Origin: Candidatus Heimdallarchaeota archaeon
GTDB taxonomy: Archaea > Asgardarchaeota > Heimdallarchaeia > Heimdallarchaeales > Heimdallarchaeaceae
Reading direction: 5' to 3'
Length of the DNA stretch: 12,343 bases
Assembly (NCBI GenBank): GCA_030668825.1
Contig: DAOVET010000080.1
Coordinates: forward strand, 1 to 12,343
The position numbers and the translations under genes are program-made. The notes below the pieces were generated by a model, which did not search any database, had not been told where the DNA came from, and was given only the letters and a program-made list of their open reading frames with translations. Positions 5,871-12,343 of the stretch are shown here, piece after piece. Each line of letters begins with the position of its first letter. Positions within the stretch are counted from its first letter, which is position 1.

Positions 5871-7649
5871 TTATTGCTTTAAATATATTGTGCGTATTTC
5901 ATCATTTGTAGTGGCTTGTTCTGGAGCTTTGTCATGTACAGTCCTACCTGTAAATCTAGGAAATCTTAACGCCAAACCATCCATGTCGTTTTCTAATAAA
6001 CCTCTTGAGCAGGTGTGCATTTGACTTCTGGTTATTTCATCTCCTATTACCTCAATAACTATCTTAGGGTCAAACCAGATACTGCTTTCAATGTCGCTTT
6101 GATATTCTTTAGGTTTCTCTCTTTCAAGAGGTTTGAGTTCTTGAAAGAAAACTGCAAGATCTTCATCAGAGAATCCTGTTCCAATTCTAGTAAAGGTTTG
6201 ATAAACGCCCTCAATCTGATCATAACATCCTAATAGGAAGGTTCCATATTTTCCTGCACGTTTTCCTTTTCCATATTCTGCTCCAAGTATCACTAAATCA
6301 AAAGAATCAGATAATTTTGCATCGTATCCTGCCTTATATTTTACCCAATTCCAACCCCGTGCTCCAGCTTGATACACCGAATCTTTTCCAATACTTTTCC
6401 CCATAATTCCTTCACAACTATCTTGGAGTGCTTGATGGAAAAAATTATCTATTTCATCAGAGTTGTCAGCAACTGTTTGATGGGAAAACTTGACGTTATT
6501 AGTTTCTCTAACTATTTTCTGTAGATTATCTCTCCTTTCGAGATAACTAAAGTCTAATCTGGAAGTATTATTACTGTAAAGAACATCAAAAAGAAAAACT
6601 CTAACAGGAATTTCTTGAATCTTTTGATCTATATCATGTTTTCTTTTTCTCTGGGAAACATACTGAAAAGGCAAAATTGCTTCTTTTTCGTGATCGTATG
6701 CAACTATTTCTCCTTCTATAATAAACTCATTTTCTAGAGCAGCATTGTTAATGAAATCAATAACATCAGGAAATTGCTTTGTTATATCTTCAGTACTTCT
6801 TGAAAACAATTTCACTTTATTCTCTTTTTTGTGAATTTGAACTCTTAAGCCATCATATTTATACTCTAGAGCGCATTTTCTATTGAACCTTTCAAGTAAT
6901 TCTTCTGAGCTTGATACTCTTTGTGCAAGCATTACTTTAATAGGACTGAATACCTTTACTTCAATTTCCTTGACAGCCTCAAGACCATCTTTATACAGAA
7001 CTGATGAAATATAATCTATATCTGAACATCTGTTGTAAGCTCTTTCCAAAAATTGCTTATTTTCTCTCGATCCAGTTTTCGCCTTTGAAAGCGCTTCAAG
7101 CAATAATTGTACTGCAACACCTGTTCTCAAATTTCCTGCAACCAATCTAGAGATGTATCTTGCTTCCAGAGATGTAACTTTAGATAATAAACCAGATAGG
7201 ATTCTTATTTTCTTATCTGCTGATCCTTCACCAGAAGTTTGAGAAATTGTATCCAGAATTTTCCAGACATCCACAACATCATATTGTTCAGTCTCTTGTT
7301 GATTTGTGAAAGCTAAATTTGTGAAAGCTAATAGTGTCGATTGTGATTTATTATCTAGAAGTTTATGTGCTGTTTTGCCTAAATCTCCTATTTCTTCTAA
7401 GAAGCTTAGAATATTCTTCTCACTCTTACCAGTTGCTAAAGCTAGAGCTTTGATTGCCATTTTTTCTGCAAGCATTAATTCGATTCCAACAAAATCTGGA
7501 TAAAGCTTACCTAAAGTTAAAAGCGAAATTTTACCTATTTCGCTCCCATCTGATTTGGATAAAGTATTAGCTAAGATATCAACCATTTCTAGTTTCTTTT
7601 GTGTATTCTCCAATCTAAAATAACACTCGCATAAATCTTTAAACCTCAC
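5871..7649 (-). CDS. lig: ATP-dependent DNA ligase (archaeal, LigI-type)
   Basis: Motif I EYKYDGLR (KxDG), III IIEGEIV, IIIa FLFDVLY, IV EGIMGK, V WVKYK, VI LRFPRF. N-terminal DNA-binding domain with GDLG; 592 aa; GTG start. Confidence 0.97.
   Translation of the reverse strand: MRFKDLCECYFRLENTQKKLEMVDILANTLSKSDGSEIGKISLLTLGKLYPDFVGIELMLAEKMAIKALALATGKSEKNILSFLEEIGDLGKTAHKLLDNKSQSTLLAFTNLAFTNQQETEQYDVVDVWKILDTISQTSGEGSADKKIRILSGLLSKVTSLEARYISRLVAGNLRTGVAVQLLLEALSKAKTGSRENKQFLERAYNRCSDIDYISSVLYKDGLEAVKEIEVKVFSPIKVMLAQRVSSSEELLERFNRKCALEYKYDGLRVQIHKKENKVKLFSRSTEDITKQFPDVIDFINNAALENEFIIEGEIVAYDHEKEAILPFQYVSQRKRKHDIDQKIQEIPVRVFLFDVLYSNNTSRLDFSYLERRDNLQKIVRETNNVKFSHQTVADNSDEIDNFFHQALQDSCEGIMGKSIGKDSVYQAGARGWNWVKYKAGYDAKLSDSFDLVILGAEYGKGKRAGKYGTFLLGCYDQIEGVYQTFTRIGTGFSDEDLAVFFQELKPLEREKPKEYQSDIESSIWFDPKIVIEVIGDEITRSQMHTCSRGLLENDMDGLALRFPRFTGRTVHDKAPEQATTNDEIRTIYLKQ
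7302..7331. repeat. Perfect 15-bp in-frame tandem duplication inside lig
   Basis: ATTTGTGAAAGCTAA at 7302-7316 and 7317-7331, encoding LAFTN-LAFTN on the minus strand. Confidence 0.95.
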
Positions 7650-7665
7650 CTTTATCAGACCTAGG

Positions 7666-9078
7666 TTATCTTTTCTTGCCTTTTTGCTCTTTCATTTCCA
7701 GAACAATTTCACTAATCAGATGAATAAGATTTGCACTTAAAACATCAAGACTATTTTTAAGTTCTCGAACAGCTTGAGTAAGATCATCAATTTTTTGCAT
7801 TTGTTCTGCAGGTTGAACCTTCTGCACTTCTGTATCTACTTGTAACTCCTGATCAAAAATCATGATATCTTTCTCAAATTTATCCATTTCAGGAGTTCTA
7901 GGTTCTGGTATCGAAGTAATGTCACCTCTAATTGCAGATTTAGCAGCTTTTTTGCGTTTTTCCTTCTTGCTTTTATCGCGTTCTTCTTTTTCACGAATTC
8001 TTTCCAAATAAGGCAGGATTTGTGCGTAATCAATTCCTTTTCTGCGAGCCATATCTGTCAGCAGAATGTCGCGATATCCAGGATCTTCGATTTTCAATTC
8101 ATCTATATCTTTCTCTAATTCCTGAATTATTGCAATTGATTCGTAAACATTTTTGTGAGGTGCTTTTATCTCTGGTTCTCTTTCAACAGTTTTTGTAGCT
8201 CTGATTTCTTCTTTTAATGACTTCATGGCTTTTATAACTTCAGCCTTGACAGTATCGGTTTCTCCTTTAGAGAGAGCTTTCTTAACCATATCAATTTTAC
8301 TCACAGATTCAAAGGGTTCTTCCCTTGCTTTTTCTTTAACATCAATTTTTTGTACGGTTTCTGCTATATCTTCTTCTGCTTCTTCTGCAAGTTCTTCATC
8401 TTGTTTTGTAAATGCTGGCGGAACTGATACATATGTGAATAGGTTTTTAGCAAGTTTAGAATTATCTCTTAATTTAATCCCTGATTTGGAATCAGATAAC
8501 AATAGGTATGAACCACATACAAAAACTGTTCCCAAACCATAAGACGATATACACATAACAGCAGAGCTTGGTGGATCGCTTGTTTTTTTTGTCCTAGCTA
8601 GTTCTTCTACTCCTTCTTTGAGATGCAGGGAGCAACTGGAAACCATTGTTATTTCGCTAAGACCTTCAGTAATTGGATGCTTATAGAATTTTGAAACAAT
8701 TATATTGCTTTCTAATTCTAAATCAAAGTTTTGGTAATCAAAGATTTGATTAGCTACAATTTCCACATTAAAGTGTTTGAGTAGTGTGTTCAGATTAGTA
8801 TTTAATCCTTTATCTCCTCCTGCATTTGTGAAAACTGCTAGTGCTCCTCCCTCATCAACAAATCTTAGCAATGCTTTAACTTCGTGACCCATAATCTTTG
8901 AACCATCGGGACACAAGAAAACAAAGATGTCAAATTTGGAAATGTTTGAATATTTTATCGGATATGAATCATGCTTACTTATTTCATGTCCTTCCTCTTC
9001 TAGTATGTTTGCTAGTTTCTGAAAATTCTCAAAAATTTTTCCTCTCTCTTTTTGAGTTTCATCGAAAAGTATTTTCAT
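7666..9078 (-). CDS. GIFT-domain (IFT52/GldG-like, class I glutamine amidotransferase-like fold) protein with charged helical and coiled-coil C-terminal half
   Basis: aa ~1-218: ILFDETQKE, FVDEGGALAVFTNAGGDKGLNTNLNTLLKHFNV, HPITEG, GTVFVCGSYLLLSD...DNSKLAKNLFTYV. No signal peptide or TM segment. GGTGA SD at 9083-9087 (minus strand). Confidence 0.75.
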   Translation of the reverse strand: MKILFDETQKERGKIFENFQKLANILEEEGHEISKHDSYPIKYSNISKFDIFVFLCPDGSKIMGHEVKALLRFVDEGGALAVFTNAGGDKGLNTNLNTLLKHFNVEIVANQIFDYQNFDLELESNIIVSKFYKHPITEGLSEITMVSSCSLHLKEGVEELARTKKTSDPPSSAVMCISSYGLGTVFVCGSYLLLSDSKSGIKLRDNSKLAKNLFTYVSVPPAFTKQDEELAEEAEEDIAETVQKIDVKEKAREEPFESVSKIDMVKKALSKGETDTVKAEVIKAMKSLKEEIRATKTVEREPEIKAPHKNVYESIAIIQELEKDIDELKIEDPGYRDILLTDMARRKGIDYAQILPYLERIREKEERDKSKKEKRKKAAKSAIRGDITSIPEPRTPEMDKFEKDIMIFDQELQVDTEVQKVQPAEQMQKIDDLTQAVRELKNSLDVLSANLIHLISEIVLEMKEQKGKKR

Positions 9079-9195
9079 TTATTCACCCAATTTATTATTA
9101 TTGCTTTAGAGACGTATACTTAAGTACATGAACCTTATTTAGCTATACTAACTGCTTAATAAATAAAAGGTTGCTGTTGATATTTTTATACGAAA

Positions 9196-9228
9196 AAAAC
9201 CTATTAATTCTGTGAAAAAATAGGTTTT
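9196..9228. promoter_or_regulatory. Perfect 10-bp inverted repeat in the divergent promoter region
   Basis: AAAACCTATT (9196-9205), 13-nt spacer, AATAGGTTTT (9219-9228). The repeat is seen directly; a regulatory role is inferred. Confidence 0.4.
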
Positions 9229-9282
9229 CATGCAGTAAAGAATAAAAAGGACTAAAAAAGATAATACCTATCCGGTGAATTA

Positions 9283-10137
9283 ATGTCTAGTATTGATTTT
9301 GGAAAACTAAAGGAAATGGCTTCAGCTAGATTGGATATAATAATTCTTCATTCTCAAAAAGGTGGTCCTGGTAAAACAACTCTATCATGTAACATAGCTT
9401 ATGAACTTGCTAGAAGAGGGAATAAAACCATTTTGGTAGATTTAGATATAGCACAGCCAACAATTCAGCACATCTTTAAAATTCCAGATAAGAAGATCAA
9501 ACATACCATAAATGATATTCTTATGGGGAAAAAGAAAGTCAGTGAAGATGTAGTTCTTGAGACAAAGAATCCTAATTTACATATAATTGTAGCAAAGGAA
9601 AATGTCGAGTATGGTGAAGGCTTGCTTTCACTTCTTGAAGACATTCAACAGTACTCTTTCTTTGCTCTACATGAAATGACAAAATTTCTCAAAAGAATGG
9701 GATTTAGATACGTTGTTTATGATTTAGCCCCTGGTTACAGAATGGAGTCAGTTAATGCTGCTGCTATAGCTGATGCTCGAATTTTTGTAATCAGACCTTC
9801 CACTTTCAGCTTTGAAGGAGCAAAACAGATGTTAAGAGACATATACAAAAAATTAGACATAAGATCTCTTAGCTTCTTCGTATTTAATCAATTACCTCCA
9901 AAATTGAAAGATGAAAATCAGAAATTATTGGAAGAATGGAAAGACAAACTTATAAAAATCTATAAACCGGATAAAATCACTTTTCTAGATTTCTTGCCAA
10001 TATCATTCGATGTCATGGAATTGGGGATAAAAGGAGAGTATATCTTTCCTGAAGATTCAATTCTTTATGAAAAACTATCTGAAATGGTAGACAAAGTAAT
10101 TCAAGATTTAGACGAAATGAAGAAAAATAAGGTTTAA
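9283..10137 (+). CDS. MinD/ParA-family (deviant Walker A) ATPase
   Basis: SQKGGPGKTT (KGGxGKT), LVDLDIAQP (switch I), VVYDLAPG (Walker B), VFNQ. GGTGA SD at 9274-9278. Confidence 0.92.
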   Translation: MSSIDFGKLKEMASARLDIIILHSQKGGPGKTTLSCNIAYELARRGNKTILVDLDIAQPTIQHIFKIPDKKIKHTINDILMGKKKVSEDVVLETKNPNLHIIVAKENVEYGEGLLSLLEDIQQYSFFALHEMTKFLKRMGFRYVVYDLAPGYRMESVNAAAIADARIFVIRPSTFSFEGAKQMLRDIYKKLDIRSLSFFVFNQLPPKLKDENQKLLEEWKDKLIKIYKPDKITFLDFLPISFDVMELGIKGEYIFPEDSILYEKLSEMVDKVIQDLDEMKKNKV

Positions 10138-10174
10138 TTTTGCGAAAGTATCTGAAATTTCGCGATTCTTATAT

Positions 10175-10188
10175 GAAATTTTATAATA
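10175..10188 (+). promoter_or_regulatory. Putative BRE/TATA for a leaderless transcript of the Zn-ribbon gene pair
   Basis: GAAATTTTATAATA, with TTTATAA at 10180-10186 centred about 27 nt upstream of ATG 10210. No SD is present. Confidence 0.45.
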
Positions 10189-10209
10189 GCTAAAGTAAAC
10201 TGTAGTATT

Positions 10210-11193
10210 ATGAGCCTAATCAAGAAATTTCAATGTCCTCATTGCAATGCTCCAATGGATGTTAATCCTGAGGACGCAATTTTCAACTGTGTATCTTGTG
10301 GACAAGCAGTTCTCGCGGATGGTTCTAAATTTGATAATCATTACATCCTAAGGAATACGCTCAACCAGAAAAAGATACACGATATTGTGAAGGAGTTTAT
10401 TAGGAAAAAAGGGTTCATGAGGGGAATTAAAGGTTATAAGATTACAAACATTACCCCAACATTGATACCTTTTTGGGTTGTAACTTCTGATGCGTATACC
10501 CATTTTGTAGGATACCTCAAATACACAGAAACAAGAACTAGAACAGTAGGTACTGGAAAAAATAGACGAACAGTAACTGAAAGCGTTACAGTCTACCGAC
10601 CAATCGACAGAGAAATAAGAGAAAAGCGTGCAGATGTTTTACTTGGGAGGAGAGGAAGTTCAATTTATGGATATGATAAAGTAAAAAATATCGTGAGAGC
10701 AGAGTTTCCAAATGCAGTTCAATTTAACTATGATCAATTACTGGCTGATGAAAAAGAATTCAACTATCTTTCATCAGAAATAGACTTAGATGCAGCAAAT
10801 CAGCTAGGTAAAACTATTGTTTTCGATAATCATAGAGCTCAAGCTGAGAGAGCATGCACTAAAGTTTTCGATTGCGCTACACAATTAACTTACTCTGGTA
10901 CTTATTTCTTACATGCTCCAGTTTGGCAGATAGAATATGAGTTCAAGGGAGAAACCTACAGAATAGCTATTTTAGGTAGTTCTGGAAAAATAATAATAGG
11001 CGAAATTCCCGTTACAACAATTTTCAGAATTATTTTTCTCTCGCTAACAGTACTAATTCTAGGAGGAGCTGGAGTTTTGAGTTACTTCTTCCAAACTGCA
11101 GTTTATGTGCCGATAATAGCGGGAATTGTTGCAGCAGCAGTAGGATTCTTCACGCTTAAGAATACCTTCAAACCTAAATCGGTGGTGGACTAA
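10210..11193 (+). CDS. Zn-ribbon protein with two C-terminal TM helices (YdjG-like), paralog 1
   Basis: CPHC...CVSC at the N-terminus, IPFW, HAPVWQIEYEFKGETYRIAILGSSGKIIIGEIP, then two hydrophobic helices and a basic tail. Confidence 0.75.
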   Translation: MSLIKKFQCPHCNAPMDVNPEDAIFNCVSCGQAVLADGSKFDNHYILRNTLNQKKIHDIVKEFIRKKGFMRGIKGYKITNITPTLIPFWVVTSDAYTHFVGYLKYTETRTRTVGTGKNRRTVTESVTVYRPIDREIREKRADVLLGRRGSSIYGYDKVKNIVRAEFPNAVQFNYDQLLADEKEFNYLSSEIDLDAANQLGKTIVFDNHRAQAERACTKVFDCATQLTYSGTYFLHAPVWQIEYEFKGETYRIAILGSSGKIIIGEIPVTTIFRIIFLSLTVLILGGAGVLSYFFQTAVYVPIIAGIVAAAVGFFTLKNTFKPKSVVD

Positions 11194-11194
11194 A

Positions 11195-12184
11195 ATGAAT
11201 GTAAGATCAATAATGTGCCCAAATTGTGCTGCACCTTTAGAATTAGAAGCTACACAATCACATGTTACATGTCCATATTGTTCTGTAACAAGTGAACTGA
11301 AGAAAGTAACTGATCTGATTGAACATTATATGTTACCAGTTGTTTATGATGTTGAGCAAATTAGAACTGAACTTGTAGGTGACATACTTAAATATCCAGG
11401 TACTCCTGAAGATTTGCATAAATCATTAAAAATTACTAAATTAGACCTTAAATTCTACCCCTATTTCATTGTAACTGTTCACCTCCGAACAGAATACAAA
11501 GGAAATGGTGAATATGCTACATTTAGCAGTCGGTACAAATCCGGATATAGACGTATCAGTACTCATCTGAAACCTGAACAAGGGGTATTTGATGATACTA
11601 GAGAGTTCATAATATATGCAGCTGAAGAAGCACAAAATGATTTAATCAACTTTGAAATATCCACCAGAGGTAAAAGGTACTTCCAAGCACTCGAGGCAGA
11701 GAAAGTTAAAGCTGATGTAGTTCCTAGTATTTTCGATTTAGATCAAGCTAAGAATGAAGCTACACACTCAATGAGAGAGATCCATAAAGGATTGATGCTC
11801 AAAGAATTAGCTCAAATTCTTGAAGTTAGAGATCAGCCAGAAATAAAAGGTGTTTATTTGTTGCACATTCCATTCTATTTCATTGAATTTGAAGCAGCTG
11901 GAAAGAAACACAATGCTACATTAGATGGGGCAACTGGTAGGACTGTCCTAACCGATGTCCCCCGAGAAACATCCTATTGGATACAAGTTGGAGTTCTAAC
12001 TACTATTTTCGCAGCTGTAGGATTAGCTGGTATTTATCTAGCGGTTCAGAGTGCCTATACTGCTTATTTTGGAATTTTCGGTGCAATTGCCGGTCTCATT
12101 CTTGCTGGTAGAACGTTACAACTTGGACTTAAATCTAGACATAGAGAAACACAAAGGTCAAAGAAAAGGAGATTCAAGAGATAG
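11195..12184 (+). CDS. Zn-ribbon protein with two C-terminal TM helices (YdjG-like), paralog 2
   Basis: CPNC...CPYC, PEDL, FYPYF, HIPFYFIEFEAAGKKHNATLDGATGRTVLTDVP, two TM helices and a very basic tail (RSKKRRFKR). Starts 1 nt after the paralog 1 stop (TAAaATG). Confidence 0.75.
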   Translation: MNVRSIMCPNCAAPLELEATQSHVTCPYCSVTSELKKVTDLIEHYMLPVVYDVEQIRTELVGDILKYPGTPEDLHKSLKITKLDLKFYPYFIVTVHLRTEYKGNGEYATFSSRYKSGYRRISTHLKPEQGVFDDTREFIIYAAEEAQNDLINFEISTRGKRYFQALEAEKVKADVVPSIFDLDQAKNEATHSMREIHKGLMLKELAQILEVRDQPEIKGVYLLHIPFYFIEFEAAGKKHNATLDGATGRTVLTDVPRETSYWIQVGVLTTIFAAVGLAGIYLAVQSAYTAYFGIFGAIAGLILAGRTLQLGLKSRHRETQRSKKRRFKR

Positions 12185-12185
12185 A

Positions 12186-12204
12186 TTTTCTCTTTTACCT
12201 TTTT
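12186..12204 (+). terminator. Oligo-T terminator
   Basis: TTTTCTCTTTTACCTTTTT directly after the stop at 12184. Confidence 0.5.
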
Positions 12205-12234
12205 ATTTAAAAGGGGATAGTATATTTAAAAACC

Positions 12235-12343
12235 ATGAGCGATTCTATTCCTATTTTTTTCGATTTTGGAGGAACTTTAGTTGATACTCTAGAAGTAACT
12301 CGTCAAGTTTTCAAAGAAGCTTTTGGAAAAGATTTCCCTAGCA
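12235..12343 (+). CDS. 5' end of a HAD-superfamily hydrolase (partial; absent from the ORF track)
   Basis: From ATG 12235: MSDSIPIFFDFGGTLVDTLEVTRQVFKEAFGKDFPS..., containing HAD motif I (FDxxGTLVD). Open to the window end, with a TATA-like TTTAAAA about 25 nt upstream. Confidence 0.85.
   Translation, partial: MSDSIPIFFDFGGTLVDTLEVTRQVFKEAFGKDFPS

Noticed and set aside
5806-9131. Short + strand ORFs at 5806, 6015, 7306, 8225 and 8898
   Set aside because: Antisense shadows of lig and the GIFT gene with no independent support.
10142-10163. Hairpin GCGAAA-N10-TTTCGC after the MinD-like gene
   Set aside because: Only a 6-bp stem with a long loop and no U-tract; too weak to call.
10210-12184. 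Zn-ribbon proteins as TFIIB or PriA helicase
   Set aside because: No cyclin folds or helicase motifs; both have C-terminal TM helices.
11441-12284. ORFs 11441-11635 (-) and 12051-12284 (+)
   Set aside because: They overlap better-supported genes (Zn-ribbon paralog 2 and the HAD start at 12235).
1-12343. CRISPR array, tRNA/rRNA, IS or proviral element, defence system
   Set aside because: Intergenic gaps are at most about 200 bp and AT-rich. No repeat-spacer pattern, cloverleaf, transposase, integrase or nuclease motif was seen.

Overview
AT-rich, gene-dense archaeal window. It is most likely from an Asgard archaeon (Heimdallarchaeia-like by inference), because it encodes an Asgard-type profilin, an archaeal ATP-dependent DNA ligase, GGTGA ribosome-binding sites and oligo-T terminators. 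Housekeeping genes (RidA, ureohydrolase, YggU/DUF167, DNA ligase, a partial HAD hydrolase, the end of an Ig-like surface protein) are mixed with several proteins relevant to cell shape, division or membranes. (i) An 856-aa protein has two CdvA/SHOCT-like helical motifs and a coiled coil, followed by three PRC-barrel-like repeats that each carry a long helical insert; it is transcribed head-to-head with profilin. (ii) A cytoplasmic IFT52-like GIFT-domain/coiled-coil protein lies upstream of the ligase and divergent from an orphan MinD/ParA ATPase. (iii) Two tandem YdjG-like Zn-ribbon membrane proteins follow the ATPase. No RNA genes, CRISPR arrays or mobile elements were seen. All family calls come from motif reading and remembered consensus sequences, not from database searches.
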